64,000 nt of DNA. Source: an uncultured Lachnospiraceae bacterium. Lineage in GTDB: Bacteria; Bacillota; Clostridia; Lachnospirales; Lachnospiraceae. The first letter of the stretch is position 1; the number at the start of each line of letters is the position of its first letter. The stretch lies in assembly GCA_902476265.1 (NCBI GenBank), contig CABSCP010000019.1, positions 9,934 to 73,933 of the forward strand. Direction: 5' to 3'. The translations under genes and the position numbers were made by a program. Below are positions 19,466-28,565 of this stretch, piece after piece. A model generated the notes under the pieces. The model was not told the DNA's origin, did not search any database, and saw nothing but the letters and a program-made list of their open reading frames with translations.

Positions 19466-19801
19466 ATGACGAAGGCACAGATTTTGAAGAAGGAAATATT
19501 AAGCCAGTACAGAAGCGTAAGGCAGTTTGCATTGGAGATGCAGATCCCTTACAGCACTCTTGTTACCGCTTTAGAACGGGGAATTGACGGTATGGCTTAC
19601 GGCACCGTAATCAAAATGTGCAATAAGCTGAATTTGAATCCTGTGGATTTCAGTTCACTGGAAAGGGATACCACCATCAGCGAACAGCTTCTGGAAAATC
19701 GTGTAATGCAGTACTATGTGAAGCTGAATCAGGAAGGCCGCGATAAAGTGATGGGCCTGATGGAAGATTTTGTACAGATCAAGAAGTACAAAGCGAAATA
19801 A
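19466..19801 (+). CDS. Small helix-turn-helix (XRE-like) DNA-binding protein
   Basis: 111 aa. The N-terminal segment QYRSVRQFALEMQIPYSTLVTALERG resembles an HTH. SD GGAGGGAAAG is upstream. Confidence 0.6.
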   Translation: MTKAQILKKEILSQYRSVRQFALEMQIPYSTLVTALERGIDGMAYGTVIKMCNKLNLNPVDFSSLERDTTISEQLLENRVMQYYVKLNQEGRDKVMGLMEDFVQIKKYKAK

Positions 19802-19813
19802 GGAGAATAAAAA

Positions 19814-20938
19814 ATGCATTATGATTATCTGATTGCCGGCACAGGGCTGTTCGGCGCAGTCTTTGCACACGAAATGCACATCCGTGGGAAAAAAGTGCTG
19901 CTGGTTGAAAAGAGAGATCATATTGCGGGGAATATTTACACAGAGAATGTTATGGGCATCAACGTACACAGGTTTGGTGCCCATATTTTTCATACTTCGG
20001 ATGAAGAGGTATGGAATTATGTAAATCAATTTGCCAGGTTCAACCACTACATGAATTCCCCGGTTGCAGTTTATAAGGATGAGCTTTATAACCTGCCTTT
20101 CAATATGAATACTTTCAGCAAAATGTGGAATATCAAAACCCCTGCCGAGGCGAAGGCCGTCATCGCTTCCCAGATAGAGAAGCTGCACATCACTGAGCCG
20201 CAGAATCTGGAAGAGCAGGCCCTTTCACTGGCGGGACAGGACGTATATGAAAAGCTGGTAAAGGGTTACACGGAGAAGCAGTGGGGAAGAGACTGCCGGG
20301 AACTTCCCGCCTTCATCATAAAAAGGCTGCCCCTTCGATTCACTTATGACAATAATTACTTTAACGATCCTCACCAGGGTATTCCTGTAGGCGGCTATAC
20401 AGGCATCGTGGAAAAACTGCTGGAAGGCTGCAGAGTGGTCACCGGGATTTCCTATCAGGATTTTGCCGCCGAAAATGCGGCCAGGCCGGAAGGAGAGCGG
20501 GACACCTGGGAGAAACTTCTTTATACGGGCATGATAGACGAATATTTCGGATACTGTTATGGCGCGCTGGAATACCGTTCTCTGCGCTTTGAGACCGAAG
20601 AACTGCCTGACGAGGATAACTATCAGGGCAATGCCGTTGTCAATTATACGGAGAGAGAAATCCCTTATACCAGAATTATCGAGCATAAGCATTTTGAATT
20701 TTCAACCTGCAAAGGTACGGTGATCACACGGGAGTATCCGGCGGAATGGCATAAGGGGGATGAACCCTATTATCCGATCAATGATGAAAAGAACGGGGCG
20801 CTTTACCGGAAATATGAAGCCCTTGCACGGCAGGAAAAAAATGTGCTGTTCGGCGGAAGGCTGGGACAGTATAAGTATTATGATATGGACAAAGTGATCC
20901 GCAGCGCACTGGATATGGCGCAGGCAGAGCTTTCATAA
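19814..20938 (+). CDS. glf: UDP-galactopyranose mutase
   Basis: N-terminal FAD motif YDYLIAGTGLFGAVFA and a C-terminal FGGRLGQYKYYDMD signature. Confidence 0.9.
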   Translation: MHYDYLIAGTGLFGAVFAHEMHIRGKKVLLVEKRDHIAGNIYTENVMGINVHRFGAHIFHTSDEEVWNYVNQFARFNHYMNSPVAVYKDELYNLPFNMNTFSKMWNIKTPAEAKAVIASQIEKLHITEPQNLEEQALSLAGQDVYEKLVKGYTEKQWGRDCRELPAFIIKRLPLRFTYDNNYFNDPHQGIPVGGYTGIVEKLLEGCRVVTGISYQDFAAENAARPEGERDTWEKLLYTGMIDEYFGYCYGALEYRSLRFETEELPDEDNYQGNAVVNYTEREIPYTRIIEHKHFEFSTCKGTVITREYPAEWHKGDEPYYPINDEKNGALYRKYEALARQEKNVLFGGRLGQYKYYDMDKVIRSALDMAQAELS

Positions 20939-20942
20939 GATG

Positions 20943-20984
20943 AAAAAGAACGCGCCCTGCCGTTTGTATCCGGCAGGGCGTTTT
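20943..20984. terminator. Bidirectional terminator shared by glf (+) and the small peptide gene (-)
   Basis: Stem CGCCCTGCCG (20953-20962) pairs with CGGCAGGGCG (20971-20980). It is flanked by an A-rich run upstream and TTTT downstream. Confidence 0.75.
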
Positions 20985-20988
20985 GAAA

Positions 20989-21090
20989 TCAGTGATGACT
21001 GCTTTTGTAAAGGCTGACTGCGGCCAGCAGATATTTTCCGCACAAAGCGGCAAGGGCAAGGACTGCTACAACGATTGTCAAAGCTGTCAT
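20989..21090 (-). CDS. Unannotated 33-aa hydrophobic peptide MTALTIVVAVLALAALCGKYLLAAVSLYKSSHH
   Basis: Below the 60-aa ORF-track cutoff. The ATG (21090-21088 on the minus strand) lies 8 nt after GGGAGG. It has a single TM-like helix, a polar tail, its own terminator and a plausible promoter. Confidence 0.5.
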   Translation of the reverse strand: MTALTIVVAVLALAALCGKYLLAAVSLYKSSHH

Positions 21091-21148
21091 AAATAACGCC
21101 TCCCATACATGATGCATGAAATGGTGATCCGGTTGTTCCTATAGTTAT

Positions 21149-21157
21149 AGTATACCA
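21149..21157 (-). promoter_or_regulatory. Extended -10 element (TGgTATACT) upstream of the small peptide gene
   Basis: The reverse complement of 21149-21157 reads TGGTATACT. The -35 region is poor (ACACAC). Confidence 0.35.
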
Positions 21158-21239
21158 TATACCGGAACAAAGTGTGTTCGAATATTGTTAAGAATTGGCG
21201 GTGGAAGGAAGCTTGGCAATGGCTCCGGGTCCTGAACTG

Positions 21240-21282
21240 AGACAAAGTTTGTCTTTACAATGATATGGGCCTGCGGTAAAAT
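21240..21282 (+). promoter_or_regulatory. Promoter of the AGE-family gene, preceded by a 15-bp perfect palindrome
   Basis: AGACAAAGTTTGTCT (21240-21254) abuts TTTACA (21254-21259), then a 17-nt spacer and TAAAAT (21277-21282). Confidence 0.5.
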
Positions 21283-21320
21283 GAAAGCAGCAAAATTGCG
21301 TCGAGGAAAGGAAGATACAA

Positions 21321-22589
21321 ATGAGCGAAATCAACAAAAAGTATCAGATTGATACAAAAGAGAATGAGAAGTTTCTGGAAGAAATCCGGGAAGGATTGTT
21401 CCGGTTCGGGCACAGGTTCCCCTCTCCGGGCGGCAGCTCCTACTATCTGGGCGACGACGGCACGCCGTGGACAGACCGTAACCGCGAGACCTGGATCACC
21501 AGCCGCATGGTGCATGTGTACAGCCTGGCCGGCTTTTTGGGACATCCCGGAAGTGAAGAACTGGCGGATGCCGGTTTGAAAGGACTGAAAGGAGAGCTTC
21601 ATGACGTGGAAAACGGCGGATGGTATGCCGGTCTGACTGCGGACGGGAAGATCCTCCCCAACAAACAGTGCTATGCTCACGCTTTTGTCATCCTTGCGGC
21701 ATCTTCCGCTGTCCTTGCCAACAGACCGGGAGCAAAGGAACTGCTGGATGACGCGCTTAAACTGTATGATCTTCGTTTCTGGAATGAAGAAGAAGGTCTC
21801 TCCTGTGATACCTGGAATACAGAATTTACCGTACTGGACGACTATCGCGGCCTGAATGCGAACATGCATACCGTAGAAGCTTTTCTGGCGGCTGCAGATG
21901 TGACCGGAGACGAAAAATACCGTGTGAGAGCGGGCCGCATCATTGATCATGTAGTGGGATGGGCTTCCGACAACGATTGGAGAATCCCGGAGCATTTCAC
22001 CAGTGATTGGGTAGCGGCATTGGATTGCAATAAAGACCAGCCGGATGACCAGTTCAAACCTTATGGCGCAACGCCCGGGCACGGCATCGAATGGGCGAGA
22101 CTGATCGCACAGTGGGCGCTTTCCACCTATCCGGAGGACAAAGAGGCGGCTTCCAAATATATTGAAGTTTCTGAAAACCTCTATTGCAGAGCGGTGGCGG
22201 ATGCCTGGAATGCGGACGGTGCGCCGGGAATCGTGTATACCACTGACTGGGACGGCAAACCGGTGGTACATGACAGAATGCACTGGACGCTGGCCGAGGC
22301 CATTAATACTTCCGCTGTGCTTTACCGTGCGGCCGGAAAGCAGAAATATGCGGATGACTACGCACAGTTCATGCAGTATCTGGATGAGAAGGTACTGGAC
22401 CATGTGAACGGTTCCTGGTTCCATCAGCTGGATCGGAACAACAATCTGATCGGCACCGTATGGCCCGGGAAATCGGACCTTTATCATGCGGTACAGGCGA
22501 CCCTGATTCCTTACTATGTGACGAACCTTTCCATCGCGCCCGCGGTGCTTGGGAAGAAGAAATATTCCGCAAACGGAACAACAGTATAA
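21321..22589 (+). CDS. AGE-family (N-acylglucosamine 2-epimerase / mannose-6-phosphate isomerase-like) epimerase/isomerase
   Basis: 422 aa with the feel of an alpha/alpha-barrel family (repeated W/H-rich helices, GGWY, HTVEAFLAA, GHGIEW). The family call is from memory of similar proteins. Confidence 0.65.
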   Translation: MSEINKKYQIDTKENEKFLEEIREGLFRFGHRFPSPGGSSYYLGDDGTPWTDRNRETWITSRMVHVYSLAGFLGHPGSEELADAGLKGLKGELHDVENGGWYAGLTADGKILPNKQCYAHAFVILAASSAVLANRPGAKELLDDALKLYDLRFWNEEEGLSCDTWNTEFTVLDDYRGLNANMHTVEAFLAAADVTGDEKYRVRAGRIIDHVVGWASDNDWRIPEHFTSDWVAALDCNKDQPDDQFKPYGATPGHGIEWARLIAQWALSTYPEDKEAASKYIEVSENLYCRAVADAWNADGAPGIVYTTDWDGKPVVHDRMHWTLAEAINTSAVLYRAAGKQKYADDYAQFMQYLDEKVLDHVNGSWFHQLDRNNNLIGTVWPGKSDLYHAVQATLIPYYVTNLSIAPAVLGKKKYSANGTTV

Positions 22590-22628
22590 AGAAAACGGCA
22601 GTATCCTGCAGTCTGTATCCTGAAAAAG

Positions 22629-22662
22629 CGGTCCAAAACGGCGAGAAGTTTTGGGCCGTTTT
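22629..22662 (+). terminator. Intrinsic terminator after the AGE-family gene
   Basis: Stem CGGTCCAAAAC / GTTTTGGGCCG with one G-T pair, followed by TTTT. Confidence 0.65.
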
Positions 22663-22735
22663 GCAGGAACGGCGGCCGGAGGAAAAACAGGAGGAAGAAT
22701 TTTCTTGTTTTTTTTATCCGTTTTAAAAAATTTAG

Positions 22736-22764
22736 TTGACGCGCCGTTTTCCTTGTGATATAGT
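22736..22764 (+). promoter_or_regulatory. Promoter of the rpmG-secE-nusG-rplKA cluster
   Basis: TTGACG (22736-22741), 17-nt spacer, TATAGT (22759-22764). A leader of about 100 nt follows. Confidence 0.55.
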
Positions 22765-22872
22765 CGAGTAGCGAGATGGAATTTAGGTCTTTTTTTTATG
22801 CTCTATTTTTGAGCATTCCCACAGAAAAGGGGCCAGCACGAATACAACAGAGCATGCACGGAGGTGGAGAAA

Positions 22873-23022
22873 ATGCGTACAAGAATTACATTGGCATGTA
22901 CAGAATGCAAACAGCGTAACTATAACACAACAAAGGACAAGAAGGCTCATCCTGACAGAATGGAAACCAAGAAATACTGCAGATTCTGCAAGAAGCACAC
23001 AATGCACAAGGAGACAAAATAA
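22873..23022 (+). CDS. rpmG: 50S ribosomal protein L33
   Basis: Not in the ORF track (49 aa). Translation is [49 protein letters not shown], with the CxxC...CxxC zinc ribbon. SD GGAGGTGGAG is upstream. Confidence 0.9.
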   Translation: MRTRITLACTECKQRNYNTTKDKKAHPDRMETKKYCRFCKKHTMHKETK

Positions 23023-23056
23023 TCTTCCGTGTGTTGCATTTGAAAGGGGTTTTCGT

Positions 23057-23254
23057 ATGTCAAACGAAGAAAAGGCACCCAAGGTAAAATTCTTTGACGG
23101 TGTGAAAGCTGAGTTTAGAAAAATAATATGGCCGGATAAGGATACTCTGTTAAAACAGTCCGTTGCCGTCGTAGCTGTTTCTATTGCGCTGGGCGTCGTT
23201 ATCGCGCTCATTGACCTTTTGGTGCAGTACGGCGTTAACTTCTTGACAATGTAA
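23057..23254 (+). CDS. secE: Preprotein translocase subunit SecE
   Basis: 65 aa. Has the conserved FFDGVKAEFRKIIWP motif followed by a single TM, in the canonical position before nusG. Confidence 0.9.
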   Translation: MSNEEKAPKVKFFDGVKAEFRKIIWPDKDTLLKQSVAVVAVSIALGVVIALIDLLVQYGVNFLTM

Positions 23255-23270
23255 CAGTGAGGAGATTCCT

Positions 23271-23789
23271 ATGGCAGAAGCAAAATGGTATGTAGCCCAT
23301 ACCTATTCAGGATATGAGAATAAGGTGAAGGCCGACCTGGAAAAGACCATTGAAAACAGACGTCTGGAAGACGAGATTCTGGAAGTGCGGGTTCCCATGC
23401 AGGAAGTCGTGGAAATGAAGAACGGTGCGAAAAAGACCGTCCAGAAGAAACTGTTTCCGGGCTATGTTTTGGTGAATATGGTCATGAATGATGATACCTG
23501 GTATGTCGTCCGCAACACAAGGGGCGTGACCGGATTCGTCGGACCGGGGAGCAAACCTGTTCCGCTCACGGAGGCGGAAATGAAACCTCTCGGCATCAAA
23601 GCGGAAAATGTGTCCATTGATTTTGCGGAAGGCGACACCATTGTTGTTGTCGCCGGCGCGTGGAAGGATACGGTCGGTGCCGTTCAGAAGATAGACTACA
23701 ACAAACAGACCGCTACCATCAATGTAGATCTGTTCGGCAGGGAGACTCCTGTGGAGATCAGTTTTGCAGAGGTGAGAAAATTACAGTAG
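23271..23789 (+). CDS. nusG: Transcription termination/antitermination factor NusG
   Basis: WYVAHTYSGYENKV at the N-terminus, plus a C-terminal KOW domain. Confidence 0.93.
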   Translation: MAEAKWYVAHTYSGYENKVKADLEKTIENRRLEDEILEVRVPMQEVVEMKNGAKKTVQKKLFPGYVLVNMVMNDDTWYVVRNTRGVTGFVGPGSKPVPLTEAEMKPLGIKAENVSIDFAEGDTIVVVAGAWKDTVGAVQKIDYNKQTATINVDLFGRETPVEISFAEVRKLQ

Positions 23790-23941
23790 GCGGCAGAACT
23801 CCTTTTTACGGGGAGGAAATGCGCCGTACAGTTACAGTTGATGTTCAGTGGAGCAATCCGTTGAGCTGTGGAAGCAGTGTCCTGCCGATGGAGCAGGGAA
23901 AACGCTGCGCCATACCACAATATATTTAGGAGGTGCCTAAA

Positions 23942-24367
23942 ATGGCAAAGAAAGTTACTGGTTACATTAAGTTACAGATTCCTGCTGGCAAGGCAACACC
24001 GGCTCCCCCGGTAGGTCCTGCACTCGGTCAGCATGGCGTTAACATCGTTGAATTCACAAAGCAGTTCAATGCAAGAACAGCGGATAAAGGCGATGTTATC
24101 ATTCCTGTTGTTATCACTGTTTATGCAGATAGAAGCTTCAGCTTCATTACCAAGACTCCGCCTGCAGCAGTATTACTGAAGAAAGCATGCAACTTAAAGA
24201 GCGCATCCGCAGTGCCCAACAAGACAAAGGTTGCAACGATTTCCAAGGACAAGGTTCGTGAAATCGCTGAATTGAAAATGCCTGACTTAAATGCAGCGAG
24301 CATTGAAGCTGCAATGAGCATGATCGCGGGTACCGCAAGAAGCATGGGTATCGTAGTAGAAGACTAA
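23942..24367 (+). CDS. rplK: 50S ribosomal protein L11
   Basis: [36 protein letters not shown] moved the start to ATG 23942, which follows AGGAGG. Confidence 0.95.
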   Translation: MAKKVTGYIKLQIPAGKATPAPPVGPALGQHGVNIVEFTKQFNARTADKGDVIIPVVITVYADRSFSFITKTPPAAVLLKKACNLKSASAVPNKTKVATISKDKVREIAELKMPDLNAASIEAAMSMIAGTARSMGIVVED

Positions 24368-24436
24368 TAATTTGCAGATAACTGGGAGTAATGCCGGACA
24401 AAGGTGTTACGTTAACAACCAATGGAGGAAATGGAA

Positions 24437-25129
24437 ATGAAACATGGAAAGAAATATGGCGAAGCTGCTAAGTTAGTAGATCGCGCAACACAGTATGATC
24501 CTGCTGATGCGATTGCATTGGTGAAGAAAACAGCAACGGCTAAATTTGATGAAACCGTTGAAGTTCATATCAGAACAGGCTGTGACGGCCGTCATGCGGA
24601 ACAGCAGATCCGTGGCGCGGTTGTACTGCCTAACGGAACTGGTAAGACTGTAAAAGTTCTGGTTTTCGCCAAGGGCGCAAAGCTGGATGAAGCACAGGCA
24701 GCAGGCGCTGACTTCGTAGGCGGCGACGAGCTGATCCCCAGAATCCAGAACGAAGGCTGGCTGGATTTCGACGTTGTAGTTGCAACTCCTGATATGATGG
24801 GCGTTGTAGGCCGTCTGGGTAAGATCCTCGGACCGAAAGGCTTAATGCCTAACCCTAAGGCCGGCACTGTTACCATGGATGTAACAAAAGCGATCAACGA
24901 TATCAAAGCCGGTAAGATCGAGTACAGACTTGATAAATCCAATATTATCCACGTTCCCGTAGGCAAAGCTTCCTTCACGGAAGAAGCGCTGCAGGAGAAC
25001 TACAAAGCGCTGATGGATGCGATTATGAAAGCAAAACCCAGCGCACTGAAAGGTCAGTATTTAAAGAGCATCACTCTGGCGACCACAATGGGCCCTGGTG
25101 TGAAAGTCTCCACCGCTAAATACTGTTAA
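24437..25129 (+). CDS. rplA: 50S ribosomal protein L1
   Basis: [15 protein letters not shown]...[16 protein letters not shown] moved the start to ATG 24437, 8 nt after GGAGG. Confidence 0.95.
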   Translation: MKHGKKYGEAAKLVDRATQYDPADAIALVKKTATAKFDETVEVHIRTGCDGRHAEQQIRGAVVLPNGTGKTVKVLVFAKGAKLDEAQAAGADFVGGDELIPRIQNEGWLDFDVVVATPDMMGVVGRLGKILGPKGLMPNPKAGTVTMDVTKAINDIKAGKIEYRLDKSNIIHVPVGKASFTEEALQENYKALMDAIMKAKPSALKGQYLKSITLATTMGPGVKVSTAKYC

Positions 25130-25170
25130 TTCCAGAAAAACAAAAAGAGTGCGTGCTGCTCTGAAAAGAT

Positions 25171-25203
25171 AGCCCCCGGATCGGATGGATCCAGGGGCTT
25201 TTA
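25171..25203 (+). terminator. Intrinsic terminator after rplA
   Basis: Stem AGCCCCCGGATC / GATCCAGGGGCT with one mismatch, followed by a T run. Confidence 0.6.
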
Positions 25204-25247
25204 AATTTCTGCGGTTGTCTCCCGGGACCGGACGGAATCGCCCGCAC

Positions 25248-25276
25248 TTGACGATCGGGTGGATACAGGTTAGAAT
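25248..25276 (+). promoter_or_regulatory. Promoter of the CapA-like gene
   Basis: TTGACG (25248-25253), 17-nt spacer, TAGAAT (25271-25276). Confidence 0.55.
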
Positions 25277-25368
25277 TTTATTATCTGAGAATGTCTGCGC
25301 AGGCAGACATATCCGTTTCGCAATGGGCTGCGCAACTTGGCAGCATCGGCTGTGATAAAGGAGAGGGA

Positions 25369-26634
25369 ATGGCAGGAAGAAAAAGAAAGAAGAAACGCGG
25401 CGGCCAGGTTTTCTGGCTGACGCTGGTTTTGACAATTTCGGTCGGAAGCGTGCTTCTTCTGGGAGGCTGGGTCATTCTGGGAATGAACGGCACAGAGTTT
25501 GGCACGGTTAAAATAGAGAGTGAACTTGCCGGGCTGATGGAAAGCGTACAGGCGAAGGGACCGCAGGACGGTGACGGAGGACAGGAGGACGGGGAACCCC
25601 GGGGAAAATACGGGGCGCTTCTGGCGGATCAGGAACTGTGCCGGGAACAGCGAGTTTATGAAAAGAAAACCAAAAGTGCGGATGAGGTGACCATCGTTTT
25701 TGCGGGGGATATCCTTTTTGATGACGGTTATGCCATAATGGCGAAGATGAAACAGCGCGGCAGAGGGATAGAAGGCAGCATTTCACAGGAAATGCTGGAA
25801 GTGATGCAGAGCGCAGATATTTTTATGCTGAACAATGAATTCCCTTATACGGACAGAGGCGAACCTACACCGGAAAAGCAGTTTACCTTCCGGGCGAAGC
25901 CGGAATATGCATCCTATTTGTTTGATATGGGAGTGGATATTGTGTCTCTGGCCAATAATCATGCCTATGATTACGGAGAAATTTCCCTGCTGGATACAAT
26001 GGATACGCTGGAAAATGTGGGAATGCCGTTTGTGGGGGCGGGAATGAATCTGGAAGAAGCGGTAAAACCGGTTTATTTTATCGCAAATGATATGAAAATC
26101 GCTTTCATTTCCGCCACTCAGATCGAGCGGAATGATAATCCGGATACAAAAGGGGCCGGGCCTGATTCCCCCGGCGTATTCCGCTGCTGGAATGTTGACA
26201 GGCTTTTGGAAGTGGTGGCAAATGCAAAACAGGTCAGTGATTATGTGATCGTCTATATTCATTGGGGGACAGAAGCCACGGATGAACTGGACTGGGCCCA
26301 GAAGGAGCAGGCGCCTAAGATTGCGGAGGCGGGAGCGGATCTGATCATTGGCGATCATCCCCATGTGCTGCAGCAGATCGGTTACTGCAATGATACACCG
26401 GTGATATACAGCCTGGGAAATTATCTGTTTAATTCCAGGGCGCAGGATACCTGCCTGGTCAGAGTGACTTTGGACGGGAACGGATTAAAAAGTCTGCAGT
26501 TTATTCCGGGCCGCCAGGAGGACTGTGCGGTTTTCATGCATCAGGGGACGGAAAAGGAACGGGTTCTTTCCTATATGAGAAGTATTTCTCAGGGAGTGAA
26601 TATTGACGGGGACGGATTCGTGACAAAACGGTAA
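25369..26634 (+). CDS. CapA-family (PGA_cap metallophosphatase-like) membrane-anchored protein
   Basis: Basic N-terminus plus a TM, then IVFAGDI, LANNHAYDYG and GDHPHV motifs. I moved the start to ATG 25369, which follows AAAGGAGAG. Confidence 0.75.
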   Translation: MAGRKRKKKRGGQVFWLTLVLTISVGSVLLLGGWVILGMNGTEFGTVKIESELAGLMESVQAKGPQDGDGGQEDGEPRGKYGALLADQELCREQRVYEKKTKSADEVTIVFAGDILFDDGYAIMAKMKQRGRGIEGSISQEMLEVMQSADIFMLNNEFPYTDRGEPTPEKQFTFRAKPEYASYLFDMGVDIVSLANNHAYDYGEISLLDTMDTLENVGMPFVGAGMNLEEAVKPVYFIANDMKIAFISATQIERNDNPDTKGAGPDSPGVFRCWNVDRLLEVVANAKQVSDYVIVYIHWGTEATDELDWAQKEQAPKIAEAGADLIIGDHPHVLQQIGYCNDTPVIYSLGNYLFNSRAQDTCLVRVTLDGNGLKSLQFIPGRQEDCAVFMHQGTEKERVLSYMRSISQGVNIDGDGFVTKR

Positions 26635-26643
26635 GAAAATCAG

Positions 26644-26670
26644 CGGGCCTGCATCTGCAGACCCGTTTTT
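26644..26670 (+). terminator. Intrinsic terminator after the CapA-like gene
   Basis: Stem CGGGCCTGCA / TGCAGACCCG with one mismatch, followed by TTTTT. Confidence 0.6.
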
Positions 26671-26786
26671 AAACAGACCTGTCAGCCGGCCCATCGGTTT
26701 GCCCGCCAAATGGTGTCATATCTTACAAGAATCCTCTGCAGCTTCATGTTACAATGATACCTGAATTACTTAAAGGGGGGAATGCA

Positions 26787-27605
26787 ATGCTGTCAGAACA
26801 GGAACAGCGTCATATTTATTATGACAGTGACCTGAAAATAGAAGTTTACCAATTGAGCGGGATCGTGCGGAAGTTTCCGAACCATTTTCATGAGTACTAT
26901 GTAATCGGATTTATAGAGGGCGGAAGGAGACATCTTTGTTGTAAAGGCAGAGAGTATGATTTAACCCCCGGCGATTTGATTGTGTTCAATCCGCGGGACA
27001 ATCATTTTTGCGCGCCGGTGGATGGGGAACCGCTGGACTACCGGGCCGTAAACATAGAAATAGAAGTGATGGAAAAAGCGGTAGAGGAAATAACCGGGAA
27101 AAAATATATTCCTCTTTTTACGAAAAACGTATACAGGCAGAGCGATCTCACCCAGCATTTGGGCGCGTTGTATGATGCGGTTTTGACAGAGTCGCCCAGA
27201 CTTCTGAAAGAAGAAGCGCTGTTCTTTTTACTGGAACAGGTGCTGCGGGAAGGCGGACAGCCTTTTGAAACAACGGAAATCCCGAAGCCGGACGAACAAA
27301 TCCAATCACTCTGCAGGTACATGGATGAACATTTTGCAGAGAATCTCTCTCTGGACGAACTGCTGACGATGACAAATTTCGGGAAATCTTACCTGCTGCG
27401 TCTGTTTACCAGACAGGTGGGGGTTTCCCCTTACCGTTATCTGCAGACGGTGCGCTTAAACCGGGCCAGAAAATTTCTGGAACAGGGGATGCCTCCTGCA
27501 GAGGCGGCGGCCATGGCAGGCTTTTCCGACCAGAGCCATTTCACCAGATTTTTTAAGGAATTCATCGGACTGACGCCCGGACAATATCAAAGGATTTTTA
27601 CCTGA
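26787..27605 (+). CDS. AraC-family transcriptional regulator (cupin sensor plus HTH_AraC)
   Basis: N-terminal cupin (FPNHFHEYYVIGF) and a C-terminal AraC signature (GFSDQSHFTRFFKEFIGLTPGQY). ATG 26787 follows AAGGGGGG. Confidence 0.88.
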   Translation: MLSEQEQRHIYYDSDLKIEVYQLSGIVRKFPNHFHEYYVIGFIEGGRRHLCCKGREYDLTPGDLIVFNPRDNHFCAPVDGEPLDYRAVNIEIEVMEKAVEEITGKKYIPLFTKNVYRQSDLTQHLGALYDAVLTESPRLLKEEALFFLLEQVLREGGQPFETTEIPKPDEQIQSLCRYMDEHFAENLSLDELLTMTNFGKSYLLRLFTRQVGVSPYRYLQTVRLNRARKFLEQGMPPAEAAAMAGFSDQSHFTRFFKEFIGLTPGQYQRIFT

Positions 27606-27622
27606 GAAAGAGGAAAACGATT

Positions 27623-28540
27623 ATGAAATCAAATTCTGCTGCCGGCCATGTCGCCGCATTTATTACCATACTAATTTGGGGAACCACCTTCATTTCAACC
27701 AAAGTGCTTCTCCGCGTTTTTACACCCATAGAAATTCTCTTCATCCGATTTATGATGGGATATCTGGCCCTGTGGTGCGTATGCCCCCGCCGACTGAAGT
27801 TGGAAGATAAAAAGCAGGAATGGTTTTTTGCCGCCGCAGGCCTGTGCGGGGTGACGCTGTATTATCTGCTGGAAAATATCGCCCTGACCTATACCCAGGC
27901 ATCCAATGTAGGGGTGATCATATCCATAGCGCCTTTTTTTACCTTTATCTTCGCCTGCCTGTTTTTGCGGGAGAGCCGTCCCGACGCCCGGTTTTTCCTG
28001 GGGTTTCTGATCGCTATGGCGGGAATCTGCCTGATCAGTTTTCAGGACACGGGCAGTCTGCAGCTGAATCCGCTGGGAGATCTGCTGGCGATCGGAGCGG
28101 CGGTGATCTGGGCCGTCTATTCCACACTGACCAAAAAAATTGCGGAATTTGGCTATTCCACGATTCTGACCACCAGACACACCTTTTTTTACGGACTTGT
28201 GTTTATGATACCGGTTCTGATGAAAATGGGATTTGAAGTGGAACCGGCCCAGTTTTTAGAGCCGGCCGCGCTGGCAAACCTGCTGTTTCTGGGACTGGGG
28301 GCATCGGCGCTGTGTTTTGTGACCTGGAACCTTGCGGTCAGGGTGCTGGGATCTGTCAAAACCAGCGTATACATTTATATGGTTCCCGTGATCACAGCGG
28401 CTACATCGGCCCTCATTCTGCATGAAAAAATGACCTGGGCCACCGTCGGCGGGATTGTTCTGACGCTGACAGGGCTTTTCCTTTCGGAAAAAAGGGAAAC
28501 CGGTAAAGAAAGAACGGAAAAAAGATTGAAAAATGCTTGA
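27623..28540 (+). CDS. DMT-superfamily (EamA-type) transporter
   Basis: About ten predicted TM segments arranged as two EamA-like halves. Confidence 0.8.
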   Translation: MKSNSAAGHVAAFITILIWGTTFISTKVLLRVFTPIEILFIRFMMGYLALWCVCPRRLKLEDKKQEWFFAAAGLCGVTLYYLLENIALTYTQASNVGVIISIAPFFTFIFACLFLRESRPDARFFLGFLIAMAGICLISFQDTGSLQLNPLGDLLAIGAAVIWAVYSTLTKKIAEFGYSTILTTRHTFFYGLVFMIPVLMKMGFEVEPAQFLEPAALANLLFLGLGASALCFVTWNLAVRVLGSVKTSVYIYMVPVITAATSALILHEKMTWATVGGIVLTLTGLFLSEKRETGKERTEKRLKNA

Positions 28541-28565
28541 CAACCTGTTTGGCATATGATATGTT
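28537..28565 (+). promoter_or_regulatory. rplJL promoter overlapping the stop codon of the DMT gene
   Basis: TTGACA (28537-28542), 17-nt spacer ending in TGA, then TATGTT (28560-28565), giving an extended -10 context. Confidence 0.5.

Noticed and set aside
21255-22487. 410-aa ORF on the minus strand.
   Set aside because: It lies entirely antisense to the well-supported AGE-family gene, has low-complexity Arg/Gly/Ile-rich content, and has no SD. This is a typical shadow ORF in GC-balanced coding DNA.
26675-26695. Recurring CTGTCAGCC / GGCTGACAG motif (also at 54671-54706, with similar strings at 7971 and 10867), considered as a possible dispersed repeat family.
   Set aside because: Only a 7-9 nt core is shared and the flanks differ. 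Roughly half an occurrence of a given 9-mer is expected by chance in a window this size, so two or three hits are not significant.
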